Numbered from the stretch's first letter, positions 39,730-53,261 are shown. The stretch is 64,000 nucleotides of DNA from Takakia lepidozioides (GCA_030704615.1 CM060732.1:37696001-37760000); one strand, 5' to 3'. A program made the numbers and translations. Notes: generated by a model from the letters alone, not told the origin.

Positions 39730-41195
39730 CCTAATAATCATCACTGACCTACAAATTGTATTGCATCAGCCACTCTGTCTGCCTATGAATAAATTTCTGT
39801 CTCTCTTCTGCGTACATGTTCTGCATACATGACAGTGTTGAAGCTTCCTGAGTTTGTATTACAGGGGAAATTTCATGCTGCGGTGCCATTTTGTGCCACT
39901 TGTCTGTATGCATCAGTTCACTCAGTTTCTTCGAGTTCCTTGTAAGTATACGTTCCATTTTTTGGGAGACCAGATTCACAGCATTAGTTAAAATCTTCGG
40001 GCCTGGTGGAGATGTGTATCCGGCCAGACGGTGGATTTAAGCATTTGGTTTCACGATTGTGAAGCTTGGAGAGATGGGTTGCCAACTCTTAACATGGATC
40101 AGCTGCACCTGACGTTGTGGCTTCACCGGTTGTTCTCTGTCCGAATCAAGGATGCAACCATTGTGAAACAGAAGCTGCGTCATAGTTTGAATCACAGATT
40201 CTCTGTGCTGTTGTCAAATTCCACCTGAGCATTCATTCAAAGGCATTCATGCAATCTCTACATATCCATTCAAGCTAATTTGAACTCTAGACTTCATCCC
40301 AGGGAGCCGTGTAAGGTTTTATAACTGCCATTAGGGTTCTGTCTTCCCCTTGCTCGGACTCTCCTCACTCTCAGATCAACCCTCGTCTCTGAATTTTTTG
40401 CTTAGCGATCAGCTTTGACTTGCCCTGTGACATGATTGTCTCTGGAGCCATGGTATCATCTTCTTCACCCAGGCTTAAATGATATGGCCAGGAGCAGAGG
40501 GAGAGTTACCTACCAATGTGCCTTGTTTCGGGGATGCAATTGGTGTATACTTGAGATATTAAACCTATAGTGATTGAACTGAGGATTGGAACTGCTTGCA
40601 CAGATTGGTTGGTTACAGGAAAACTTTCCAATAAACTCAGTGACGTGCCATCTATGCAAGGTTAGGTTTGGAGAGCAGATAAAATGATGGTGATCTAGGG
40701 CTTTTCGTTCTCTGTTGCAATAATGCAAATTCTTGGTGCATATCCGATGGCGCGGAGGGAATCAGGAATCCGAGGATGCCAGTGTCCAGGTTCCTCGTGT
40801 AAAGCCACAGATCTCAAATGCGGGCTTATGCCAGATTATCAATACGTGCCCAGCATGTTGGAGTGGCGGTATGACAATGAGAAACTTTATCATGTGATCT
40901 GTCAAATGTGTTGAAGAGTAGTTGTTGAAACTTCCTCTCTGTGACACGACATTTTCAGCTACCTGCGGCTCTGTACAGTGCGTCAAAGTGGGGGCCTACT
41001 GTGAGTATCCCACAAAACAAAGGCTCTTTTTGGAGATTAAAAAACCAGAGTCCCTTCCTAGCAAGTCACACTATGGGGAAGCATGGGCACGCAGGGTTCC
41101 CAACCTGCACACATCACTTACCAGAAGACACAGGCGAAAAGGGGAGGTTTGGACCAACAACGAGACTGGTACACAGGAAAAGCAGCACTGCACAG

Positions 41196-44100
41196 ATGTG
41201 GCGGAAAAGCACGATCAGGGTATCTCCTTGTGATCTTTGCGCCTCCAATGATGCAGCCGTTCGTGCAAAGAGATGGAGGGCAAAGGGCCGCAGCTTTTCT
41301 CCGGGAGAGCTTCTAGAGGCCTGTAAAAAGGTTATAGGGAGTTACGGGAAGAGGGCTGCACCGGGGGAGACACCCGATGCCTATGCTGATGTGTTTTTGC
41401 CTCTCTACAATATTGTGCATCAGTATGACATCGTTTTTGTGAAACAGGTATACATGCCTCTTCTTCCCGGCCTGTTTGTGATTGCCTTACTTCAATTGAA
41501 AAGACGGCTCAGTGTGCTTCCCCTTCTTCATACATATTCTGTCTGTGAGCCTGTAATGAACAGGCACCCTACGCCATCTCAGTATATGTGAAAATGACTG
41601 GATCACTGTCCTCCTTCCCATACCACAAACCAGTGCCGCAGGGGAATGGAAGGAGATGAGTTGATCAAAGGTCCCTGGAGTTGGTGATGAATTGGTTGAT
41701 AAATATTGTGAAGAGGCAATGGAATTTGAGACTTGGGGAGAGCAGGTGCTGTTTGGTTACTGCAGGTACCAGAGGCTAATAAACGTTCTGGTCAAGAAAA
41801 TTTATATGGTAAAGAGTGATGTGGTCCAAAGGGAGGACGAGCTACTGTACAAAGTTCTCTGCTACTTGGCTCTGATCCGTCTGGATGAGTTGGGTTGGAC
41901 CCAGTTCAGGTACTGTGGTCTTTTATTTTTTATCTTTGAGATAGAATTAGAGAATGCGGGGCAGGTTTGAGTAAGAGAGAGACTGGGTAAAGATTGTACT
42001 CATAAGACGTTGTTTGCCGAAGCCTTGTGGCCATTGACCCCGCCCCCAGTTTGAGCGGAAACAAAAGGGACAGAACCTACCTCTGTCAGGGGCTGACGCT
42101 GGTAGTAAGACTTACCTTCATATATAGAATTAATCCGGGTTTTCCAGATATCCTCTAGAAATCCCTTCACACAAGCATCAGTCTGCTGTGTGTGATTTGC
42201 CCAAAAACTAGGCCTCAGGAGGGCCTGGGCTTTTGGCTCAGCCTCGAGACTTTCAAAGTGGAGACTGGGTAAAGAGAGAGACTCTCGGGTCGGGTGTGAA
42301 AGTGGGAATATGTAAGCTGATTGATGGCCAAGCTTTGGTTGAGCAGTCTTTGTCTCAATCTTTTCGTTCCTTATCATTCGGATTTTTCTCTACATTCTTT
42401 AAATGATAAGTAAAATTGTAGAATTTAGATTCACACCTTATCAGTAGCTACCTACCACCAAGGGTGATCATCTCTACCTGCTAAAACCCAGTTTGTGGCT
42501 CAATTCTTACTTGCTGTCAAAGGTTGTGGAAGTTTCTTACCCTCGGTCAAAGAGAGCTCTATCTTGATATCACCTCTCCCGGTGGTTTGTGATGGCAGGC
42601 GACTCTGTGCAAGCCAGATACCCAATTCAATACTGCCCTTCATAGAGGCTTTATTTCTCGAACAGCTTACTCTCAGATATGCTAAAGAAGAATGGTTGCA
42701 GATCTATGATACTGAGGTCACTCCTCTCTGGTTCTGTAATTTAAAGCACAGTCTGACTCCTGTGGAATTTTTTTTTAAGGGTGCAACTGCTGCTAACTGA
42801 AGTTCTTTGGACATTGAATAACTTTCTCATGCCTGAGCTCCAAAGATCCAGGTGTAAGAGAACATGCTCCTGTCAATAGACAAAATAGTGCATACGTGAA
42901 GTTGAGTTGTTTCGGTTGACGAGGACAGAGATAGACTTGCTAATATATTCACCAAACTGAGCTACTTGTAAGGCACCTTGTGTGCCTAGGCTCCAGGACA
43001 TCACTCCATATGGAGCTCACTCTACTGTACAGCGACTATAAATGACCTCTCTGTCTGTCCCTCTATTTCTCATTTTCAGTTAAAGCCTAAAACGGTGCAG
43101 CGTCTATGGGCACAAGGCCTTGGTGAGGACTGGCATGAACCTTTAATTTCTTCTTCTCACATCTTGTCACCTTTCTTTTGGAATGGCAGTTCGTCAATGA
43201 TCTTCTCAGAGGCCTCACTCTTTTTGCCCCTGATGCGGAGGATTATGGCGAGAGGTTGGCCATGCTTGACCCAAAGCTATGTGTTAGCAGATGGTAACTG
43301 TTACTTAGCAGGGGAACACTCTTTTGTGCAGTGGAGTCCTTTCAGAATTATGCTAACCTCACTGCTTCAAGTTATGACAATTGTGACTGTTATGGGTGGT
43401 CTTGAAGCTCCGCAGATAGAATTAAGCACATCAGTCATATTGTGCTGCACATGTGACGACTTCTAGGTAGGGAAATTTAGGGCGATGACGTCCAGATTGT
43501 TCAGATTATCAATTTTCATTAGCGTCTACAATTCCAAGTGACAGGACATCAAGGGAGCCACCACATGTAGAGGGAGGGGGGAGTGGAGAAAGAAATAAAC
43601 TTATTCCACCCACAGAGAGAAAGAAATAAGGAACTTCATAACACGTAGGGGGCCTTCACGTCCCAATTATGGAAAGCATGGTCTAACAAAAGTGAGTAGG
43701 AGGATAAGTACGGACATATTACTACTTGAAACTGCAGATTGGCAAAGAGGGTGTATGCACCTGACCCTTCACTCAGAATTATGCCTCCTCCAACAACTGT
43801 CATACCATTCAATCTGTCTGAAAACAGATATATACCTCCTATACAGGAGGAGCCAGAACCGGTAAGGAGCTGACCACACTACATCCCCTTCTAGTTTTTC
43901 ACGTTACACATGCAGACTGTCAGTCTTCCTAGGGCTAATTTTGGTACAAAGGTATCAAACTGCATGCACAGAGGTTGTGTCAAAGCCTCTTACGTTGATT
44001 TGTTGATCTGCGGACTCATGTCAGTGGTCTTGGGCTTGTTTGTGGAATCTCTGGATTGAGATGACCAGTCAAGGCAGGAATCAACTACAGTTTAAGAGTG

Positions 44101-47100
44101 TTTGTTTGTTGAGGATGTTGGTTGAATGTTTCAGTACATATACCAAGCCAAACCTGCTCCGGAATGGGACAAAGGGCGGACACTGGAGATGAAGCGCATT
44201 TCAGCCGTCTTCAGATTGAACCGCAAGCTTTTGAAGGAAAAGTATTCAGATCCTAGGTTTCAGCCTTTTCGACTCCGGACTTTGGAACGTCCTTCAAATT
44301 TGGAAACTATTCGAGAAGAGGTGGGCTATGGTGCTTATACTTCAGCTGTGGATTGCCAATGCAATGATTCAGTATCTTTTTGTTTGTCATCAAAGAGTTC
44401 TTAATGTGGTTACCTTTCCCTCCTCTTTTTTCTAAGAAAAGAGAATTTGTGATGACAGGTTGAAGCCAAAAGGGCGGCCGAGCATGAGTATATTGTTGTC
44501 AAGGCGACCCCAGCCCCTAAAATGCCTGAGGTTGAGGTGAGTTTATGCAAAATTTTACGTCTCTCTCCCTCTCCCTCTCTGGTCATGGACATTATCTTTG
44601 GATGTTATAAAGTTTCTTTCTCCTCCTTTGTGCTACAGCGCTGTGTCCTCTTTTACAACAACGCATAGGATCAGGCTTATGTATATACATGGGTTTGCAC
44701 ATCAAAGACATTGAACATTGCTTATTCAAGTTTTCTCTTTTTCTCCAATTGCTGTAGATGATATGTTCCAAAAATTGAGACGGTTGGGTTATTTTGACAT
44801 AGCGGCATCAAGAAGAATTATTCTTTGATCGTAAAGACTCTTACGTGCTGCCAGACTAAGACATGCTGACGTTTTGCTAGTAGAGTGCTGCCTCTTTCTT
44901 GTATTTAACATTGGCAGCACACAATGAGATCATCATTATGGGAACATGGTTAAGCATAGGAGATCTGTGGGAGTTTGCAGGTGAAACTGACCACAGCTTC
45001 ACTACTGAGGGAACATTCCCGATTTCAAAGGCAAATCGACTCTGACAAGCTCAAGATGGAAAACTTGGAGAGGGAGCTTCGTGATGACTCAAATCTCAAA
45101 ATATATGAGGTACCTAAACCCCCATGGAAATTGTAAATTTCTCCTTTGTGTGGTTCTACTGTTGTGTTCTACAGACGTTGTGTGCAGGGAAAGATATGAG
45201 TGGGTACATCCTCTCTCTGTGTTGTTCTCCTTTGTCCCTTGGGTCCTTTTGGGCCTCGCACAGATATCAAATAATTTATTTCCGTCTCTTTAATATCTCT
45301 CTCCGAACATTTTACATGTCTGGCAAACAGGAAGATATGAGAGTGCAAGACGAGATAGAGAAAGCCCTGGACATAGAGTTCAAAAAGGCTACTGTTCTTT
45401 CCTCTGACCAAGCAGCAAGGGATGCTAAGAAGAAGCATGTAAGGTATTTTCTTGCGTGTGCACACAGCTTTGATGTTCTAGATCTTACATTCTGCCTTGT
45501 CAAGACTAGAATTTAGCAGAACTCTGGTGGAGGGAGTGTGTGTGGGGTCAGGAAGGTTGCAACAGAGACAGAGGGGGCACTCCAGCTCTACAATATTGTT
45601 TGGACAAGCTTGGGCAATTTTGTCTATCCGTGCATTATTACTGGGATTTGACTTGATAATGGTGTTTCTGATTTACAATGACCACCATTTCATGTATTGT
45701 CCTAACATTTTTTGACTTGGATGGCTGCAAGTACAATGTTTTCTCTTCATCTTCTGCAAGTTCGGCAGTAATTCCTTTCCATGTGCCTGTTTTAGTGGTT
45801 GTCAGCGGGCAGCTGGTTCAACGTCCATTGTCTTACAGAGAAAGGACATCTATACAATTGCGGTCTCAAATTTCTAGTTTCTTTTGAAACTTTTTCATGA
45901 GTGAACAAAAAAGCTCACACTGAGAAAACAGCTCTCTTTCAAAAGTTACTGGAAATTTCATTACTTCAGTTAGTTATCCTAGATTTTCCGATGAACCTAG
46001 ATTTTGCAGTGAATCTCAACCTAACTAGCAGTAGCCTGTGGATTCTATTGACTGGAATGGAGATGGGTGCAGCTATGCATGAATTGGGCAGCAGCCAGTG
46101 TTGTCAAAGAGGAGAAAGAGAGGACCCATCAAGAATTGGAAATGCTGTTAAGAAACATCTATTTTGCCAACAGATTCAAGCATCATTTGATCAAAGAGGA
46201 ATCCAATAAAGTCAAGGTGCAGCATCCCCTCCTCCTCTCTTTGCTAGCTTTAAAAGGCTGGTAGTTCACCTCTGTTGGCTCAGTTTGAGATTGTGAAGAC
46301 ACTTCCGGATCTGTCTGCTCGTTGTTTCTGAGTTTGAGGTCAATCCTCACATGCAGACCGCTTGTTATACCAGATCAAATTAATATGAAAGGTTATTCTA
46401 TTCATGCTGGCATCTTATTGCCACAAGGCACCGGCAAGAACAATCAAATATGTCCATGATCATGCCTCTCCCTCTGAGTCTACGAAATTGCTTTCTTTTG
46501 TGCCCATTTACACATGGACCATATATGAAGGCCAAATTTGACCTACTTCAGTGAATAATTGACCTTTGGTTGGCAGGTTGCTATGGATAAAATGCTGAAG
46601 GACAACAAACAAAAGGCCAAGGATTTGACTGCAGAGATGGAGGATCGAATGGCAATTAGTGCTCTCCAGCGTGCACGTGAGTATCAGTGTAGGCAGGAGC
46701 TCATCCGCCAGCTGCACGTGAGTACTAGCCCTTGCAGTAGCTATTAGGAGATCTTATCTGAATCTGCTATTGAGAGAAACTTTATGATGAATGAAGATAA
46801 TTGCTATTGGAAGTGTGAAGCTGGAGCCAGCCGTGGGCTCTGGGTGCTATATACTGGATACTTCATGTGATGCATAAGAATGTACTCATAAGATGTTGTT
46901 TGCCGTAGCCTTGTGGGCATAGGCCCTGTGATGATGTATTGGAACACAATTGGAAGGTTGGGCTGGACCAGATGGCCGGGTCATGGCTAGATACATGACC
47001 ATCAACATCTCTGGCTTGGTCTCTGCAGTGCTCTGAGATGAGTGTCGGACATCTTCCAGCACGCTCTCATGATGCTAGATGAGGAGATATTTGAGAGCTT

Positions 47101-48546
47101 GTGTCCTCACTTCAACAGATCCTGCATTGACAGCTGTTCTTAGAAAGGAGGGCGTAGAGAAGAAAGAATAAATCTATTACGTCCAGAGAACATTGTCTGT
47201 CATGTATCCTTCACGGCATAGTCCACACAGGATATCAACCCTGCTGGAGCTGGTTATGACATTCCTACCCACCAGGATTCAGATAGTCAGTCCAGAATGC
47301 CACATCACTTGGGCACAGCAAATGTGGTTATTAAGAAACTGAGTGTTTATCTATGGACTGTTAGAGACTTCAGTCCAGAAAATGTTGATTCAAGCACAGA
47401 TGTGACAGGTGGCTGTGATTGGATTGCAGTCTAGGAAAGTGGGAAGAAAGAAAAAGAGAACTTGTTTTGTGAATAGGAGGCTGAGAGGGGCCTATGGACA
47501 CAGTAGGATTAACAACAGAAAGAAACCAAAAACCAAAAGAACAAAATGAAACGAAATGGTACTTTAAAAGAAAAAGGCAGTCGCTGCCTCAAGAAGTGAG
47601 GGAGGCTTATTACAGAAATTACGTCCACTGGACTAACACATTTGGAACAACTAATTATCACTTTGTGGATCTGTATGCAGTTTTTGGAGAAAGAGAGTTG
47701 TTACCGGATTCCCAAGTTTGATATATACACCACAGCCAACCAGGGCTGCCTGGAAGAGATGTCGATAGCTCAGCTGCGTGAAGCGCTTGTTCAAGTAAAG
47801 GAGTGGCACAGGAAGGTAGAGGAGAGAAAGCGGAATAATATTCAGGCTATGCTAACTGAGGTTCATTCTCCTTACTTTGTCTTACTTGGAGAAAAAATGA
47901 ATCTCTCTTTCTCTCTGCGGACGTTATAAAGTTCCATTTCATTTCATTTCTATTTCCCCTCTTTTGTCTTTTCTCATGGTTTCGTGTAATGGCTCCTGGG
48001 ATTCACTTGAAGAAGTAAAGGTCTTTTTCATCTTGTCACAATAGCACATATCCTACATATCCTTCACATTTAATTCTAACATGTAAGCACTGGGCCATCA
48101 GTCCAACCAGTCGTAGACATTTTCATTGTCAGAAAGAGGGGAAAGGTAACGTTTTTCTTCATTTTCTGCGTCAATGTGAGGTCATGGTCCATACACCTCC
48201 TATTGTCCCTCATGCATTCTTATCCTCTTTAAGTCTATTCTTCCTTTGGAGATCTGAGCAATGGCTAATTCTGCACCCACCAGTAACCCTATATCTGGAT
48301 TTGGACCATTGGTAGATTATAAGGAGACAATGTTGGTAATCGTGTCTTAAACATTTGCAATTGCAAGCCATATGGCCAACTTGTGGGGGTGATATAAATA
48401 TGCAGAAACAGATGATGCTGGTAGAGACCTCCAGGGTTGTCACTCGAATGCGCCAAATATCACGTGCAAAGTATTTGTCCAAGAAAGCACTTGAGAGGCA
48501 CTTGGATGTAGCTGCAGTCAACCCTGCCAACCAAATTGATATGTGA
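41196..48546 (+). CDS. CFAP99: Cilia- and flagella-associated protein 99-like, multi-exon (start 41196 or 41073; exon set incomplete)
   Basis: GT-AG-bounded exons encode ELLEACKKVI..., YLALIRLDELGWTQFR, KEEWLQIYD, IPFNLSE, FRLRTLERPSNLE, VKLTTASLLRE...ELRDDS and FDIYTTANQGCLEEMSIAQLRE, recalled as CFAP99-family motifs, with a coiled-coil C-terminus. Confidence 0.72.
41994..42260 (-). mobile_element. 267-bp 5'-truncated LINE-like insertion with a 15-bp TSD, in a CFAP99-like intron
   Basis: Direct repeats GAGACTGGGTAAAGA at 41979-41993 and 42261-42275. Same family as the copies at 7571, 46881 and 54967. Confidence 0.88.
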
Positions 48547-49199
48547 AATAAGAGCGAGAACAACCAAATGGCTAAGTGGTCAACCTCGACAGATATTGAT
48601 GGGAGGGATGAATTTGTCAGATTGTGCCTCAAGAGAATCTGCTTATGAGTGGTGGCTGTAGCCTTCTGGACGAAGACACTTAAGAGATTCTACTCATTAG
48701 CTTCCCAAATGCCTTCTTGTTTCTTTTGGACTCTGTTGGTAAGTAAAGCATGTTTCTTTCTCGTGCAAGCCATGTATAACTATATATGCTGACTTGTCGC
48801 CTGGATCCAGGAACAGAAAAAGTGAGACGCATGCAATGCAACTATTGAAGATCATGAATGCAATGTGCATGAAACACTTGAAACCTCAACTCACCCCACA
48901 CTAGAGAGTAGTAGAGCTTGAATTGAGAACAGAAGAAGTCAACACTTGCATAACCAGTATTCAACTTGCTGCTTTGATAAAGGGGACCACCTTGACAAAA
49001 GCCACGTGCATCTCCCCCTCAACTGTTACCAGTTCTGGAACATCTCTCCCGCCCCCCTCCAGAAGCGGGTTCCACTCGTTGGGAAGTCCTGCTTCCTGAG
49101 AACATTCTCTCCTCTGCACACCTCCAGCAGGAGTGTACACAAAGCTTGATGCAGGTTTCTCTCTCAGGATCCATGCCAACAACTTCACTGGAACTGCTT

Positions 49200-49630
49200 G
49201 TAGAGCCAACAGATAGCTGAGTCTTAAGCCGTGGAATGTGGGGTTTCAATGTCCGAACCCCCACCTTAAGATAGCCCCTTTTGGTGAACTTGACTGCATT
49301 GAACACCTGGTTGATTTTCTTTCACGCAAACAACTTAAATAACTACTCCTACCAGCTAAGCTTCAGAAGTATTACCAGTATTACTTACTATACTTGACGG
49401 TCCTCACTCCTGACCTGTCTGCATTTGCACTAGCAACAACTAAGAAGATGAAGTACAATATTGAAAACACTGTCTGATTCTCCATGTAGATGGGTGGTGT
49501 GCTGAATGGTAGTTGATAGATCAAATCACTCGTCTGTAAGTTGCAGTTGAAGAGAGCTAAGGCTGGGGTGAAGGAATTACCAGATTCGTGATGACTTGCT
49601 TGAGGCGGAGAGGGTCACCAATGACCTGAT
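49200..49630 (-). pseudogene. Histidine-kinase HATPase N-box remnant
   Basis: Two exons, VIGDPLRLKQVITNL|VFNAVKFTKRGYLKVGV. No H-box, G-boxes or receiver domain found nearby. Confidence 0.7.
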
Positions 49631-51035
49631 AACAGTAATTCTCTGTCAGCCCTAATGATATGGGCGATCCCTCGATTGTATGAACGAGTTGCACGATACA
49701 CTCAGTATTGTCATGAAGGTTGGGTGCTCGCCTCCTTCCCGAGATCGCCCGGGATGGAGCTCGCAATAGTGCTTTTCCTGTGATGGTGGGGGGAATAAGA
49801 GCCAGTGGAGCTGTTGTGGGGAATCAAATAGCAACTCTCTCTGATATTTGATTGGAAGTGATCTCCTGTGGTGGTGGATGTAGTGAAGGTGCTGTGGGCG
49901 ATAAAGCAAGATCATCGATCACAAGGTGCTTGCGACGTGGGAAAAAAATTCTCTCTCTGCAGGAAAGTCTTGCCCACATTCAATGCTGTATGAGAAAAGT
50001 GGTCAATCGACTGTAAGGCTTTCCTCTTCTACTTTGAAAGAGTTTATCCTCAGCATTCATTTTAAGCTTTGGTTTTCTTTAACTTGTTGCCACATTGTCA
50101 AAGTCGGGTTTATCCGCAGTCTGCAGGGATTCATTAGCGGCAAATTGGCTTTACCAAACGGGTAGTTTGGCGGGTTGAGATCTCTTCAGTAGAAGGTAAT
50201 GGTAGTTTGAAACACGCTTGGTATCTAACCGGTCATCCATCTTGCTTTGTTCTATCTGTAATTTCCAGAGAGAGTCATGGTCATCTCTACCCTGCGGAGG
50301 CATGCAGCCTCAAAAGTGTCTTTCACGGGCACCAGAAGAAACATTCATTTGGCAGGGATCAGAGAGCTCCTCTACCAGGAGTTCGTCTCACAGTCGGACG
50401 ACAGCAAGTTTTTGAAGGTGATTCTATCGTCACTCATCACATGCAAGCTTTTGTCAATGAGGCTCTCAACTGAAGGTGGCATGGTTGTAGTCTGTGGATT
50501 GACTGTAGATTTAGGTCCTTGCATGATTGGCAATCTTTCTCTTTGTTCTGAGACAGCTGCAAAGTTTGTTTGTAGCCTATGTGCCAAGCTAATTCTCCCA
50601 AAATGGGCCTTAACTACCGATTTGTTTGGTATGGTAGTACATGTAGCCTTGTTTGTAGGTGTTTCTGATCATTCTAGTATATGTGTTTAAAGCACTTTGG
50701 TTTTCGCAGAAAAATCAGAAGTATATGGACTTCAAACATAAGCATAGAAAGACTCCATCACACCCTCCTTGGGTGAAAGCGGAGCTAACTGCTATGACAC
50801 ACTGCGGAGCACACTCTGGTGACGGTTCCAAGTGCAAGACTCCGCATGGACTTCCTGGCCTCGGTATGGTAGATTGAGTTGTCACAGTTGACTTTTCAGA
50901 TTAGTTGACTGCATTAGTGTTGCTCCCCTGTTATACTCACTGCAAAGTTTGTCCTGGTCAGAGATCCGTCTTTGAAGGGCTACAAGCTTTGAAATATATT
51001 AACACACTTCCTATTAAAGTTTTAAGTCATTCAGG

Positions 51036-53261
51036 ATGGCAGGGTTGCGTCAAGGAAAAATGCTCGGTGGACAATATACTGGCTGGGGTAGGACCAGCAC
51101 CACCAGAGCACCAATGGAGAGGTTCAGCAAGACTATTTCAAGCACTTGTGGGGATGTGAAGGTATTGTGTAAGGAGGGAAGACTGCGAGAGGCACTACAG
51201 ATTTTGGACAAATGGGGCGGTTGGGCAGATTCCAGTACTTATGTTTCTCTCTTGCACCGGTGCACCACCATGAAAGCCGTTGCAGAAGGGAAGCAGGTGC
51301 ATGCCCACATTATCCGGAGTGAATTCAAGCCAAACATCCTTTTAGTCAACACCCTTGTCAACATGTATGTCAAGTGTGGGAGCATGGTGGATGCACGACA
51401 AGTGTTTGAGGAAATGTTCCAACGAGATAAATTCACATGGGCTATGATGATGGCAGGATATGCCAAACGCGGGCATGCCGACGAGGCTTTTAAAATCTAC
51501 GAACAAATGCAACAGGAAGGTGTAACAACTGACAGGGTCACATTCATATGTGTTCTCAAAGCATGTGCTAGCCTAGGAGCCCTGGAAAAGGGCAAACGAG
51601 TCCATTCTGACCTCATGAAAGCTGGAATTGAGGCGGACATGATTTTGGAGACGGCCCTTGTTGACATGTATGGCAAATGTGGGAGCATAAAAGATGCGCG
51701 CCAAGTCTTTGACAAAATGGCCCAACAAGATGTGGTCTCATGGAGTGCAATGATCGCAGGATATGCTCAGTGCGAGCATGCTGAAGAAGCAGTCAGAATC
51801 TATGAGCAAATGCAGAGGGAAGGGGTGACTCCTGACAGGGTGGCATTCATTTGTATTCTCAATGCATGTGCCCGTCTAGGAGCCCTGGAAAAGGGCAAGG
51901 AGGTCCATGCTCATATCATCAAAGCTGGAATCAAATCATATATCAATTTGGAGACAACCCTTGTTGACATGTATGCCAAATGCGGGAGTATAAAAGATGC
52001 TCGGCAAGTGTTTGATAAAATGGCTAAACGAAATGTGATCTCTTGGAGTGCAATGATCACAGGATATGCTCAGGGCGGGTATGGTGAAGAGGCACTCATA
52101 ATCTATGAGCAAATGCAACAGGAAGGGGTGACAGCTGACAAGGTCACCTTCATTTCTGTGCTCAATGCATGTGCCAGACTAGGAGCCCTGGAAAAGGCCC
52201 AGGTAGTTCATACTGACATTGTTAAAGCTGGAATAGCGTCATATTTGAATCTGGACAATGCTCTGGTCGACACTTATGCAAAATGTGGGAGTGTAATGGA
52301 TGCGCGTCAAGTGTTCAACAAAATGACCAAACGCGATGTGGTCTCATGGAACGCGATGATTGCAGGGTATGCTCAACATGGGAATGGTAGAGAGGCCCTC
52401 CAACTGTTTGAACAAATGCGACTTGAAGATTTAAAGCCCGACTGTTTCACTTTCACTTCAGTTATCTCAGCATGCAGCCATGTGGGCCTTCCAGATGAAG
52501 GCTGTGGCTACTTTGTTTCCATGAGCCGAGATCATTGCCTAACACCTACAGTGGAGCATTTTGGCTGCATGGTGGACCTCCTGGGCCGTGCGGGGCGATT
52601 GGATGAGGCAGAGGACCTCATCAAGAAAATGCCGATTGAAGCAGGTGCTTCAGTGTGGGGAGCCTTGCTTGGTGCTTGCAGAGTCCATGGCAATGTAGAG
52701 ATGGGAGAACGTGCGGCCAACTGCATTCTCAAGAAGGATCCACAACATGCCTCAGCTTATGTGTTGCTGTCAAACATCTATGCTGCAGCTGGCAGGTGGG
52801 ATGATAAAGACAAAGTGAGGAAAATGATGGAGGACAGAGGTGTCACAAAGGAACCAGGGTTAAGCTGCATTGAGGTCAACAAGCAGGTGCATGCATTCAT
52901 CTCTGAAGACAAACTACATCCACAAATTGGGGAAATCCATGCTGAGCTAAAGAGATTGTCCCTCAAGATGGAGGATGGTGGGTATGTACCTGACACACGC
53001 TTTGTATTGCATGACATGGAGGAGGAACAAAAACGATTTTCTCTTTGCCACCACAGTGAAAGGCTGGCAATTGCTTTTGGGCTCGTAAGCACACCTCCAG
53101 GGACATCTATCCGGATCATAAAAAACCTCCGAGTATGTGGTGACTGCCACACTGCCACCAAGTTTATTTCGAAAATCATTGGACGACCCGTTGTTGTAAG
53201 GGATGCCCACCGCTTTCACCACTTCCAAGATGGAGTTTGTTCTTGTGGTGACTATTGGTGA
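51036..53261 (+). CDS. PLS-class PPR-E-DYW organellar C-to-U RNA editing factor; probably extended upstream by exons 50277-50417 and 50710-50868
   Basis: Uninterrupted 741-aa ORF with P-L-S triplets, E domain, PG box KEPGLSCIE, HSERLA, KNLRVCGDCH and terminal CSCGDYW. Confidence 0.97.
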   Translation: MAGLRQGKMLGGQYTGWGRTSTTRAPMERFSKTISSTCGDVKVLCKEGRLREALQILDKWGGWADSSTYVSLLHRCTTMKAVAEGKQVHAHIIRSEFKPNILLVNTLVNMYVKCGSMVDARQVFEEMFQRDKFTWAMMMAGYAKRGHADEAFKIYEQMQQEGVTTDRVTFICVLKACASLGALEKGKRVHSDLMKAGIEADMILETALVDMYGKCGSIKDARQVFDKMAQQDVVSWSAMIAGYAQCEHAEEAVRIYEQMQREGVTPDRVAFICILNACARLGALEKGKEVHAHIIKAGIKSYINLETTLVDMYAKCGSIKDARQVFDKMAKRNVISWSAMITGYAQGGYGEEALIIYEQMQQEGVTADKVTFISVLNACARLGALEKAQVVHTDIVKAGIASYLNLDNALVDTYAKCGSVMDARQVFNKMTKRDVVSWNAMIAGYAQHGNGREALQLFEQMRLEDLKPDCFTFTSVISACSHVGLPDEGCGYFVSMSRDHCLTPTVEHFGCMVDLLGRAGRLDEAEDLIKKMPIEAGASVWGALLGACRVHGNVEMGERAANCILKKDPQHASAYVLLSNIYAAAGRWDDKDKVRKMMEDRGVTKEPGLSCIEVNKQVHAFISEDKLHPQIGEIHAELKRLSLKMEDGGYVPDTRFVLHDMEEEQKRFSLCHHSERLAIAFGLVSTPPGTSIRIIKNLRVCGDCHTATKFISKIIGRPVVVRDAHRFHHFQDGVCSCGDYW

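Noticed and set aside
41273-41275. ATG as the CFAP99-like start
   Set aside because: It is out of frame with the conserved ELLEACKKV exon. The in-frame ATGs are at 41073 and 41196.
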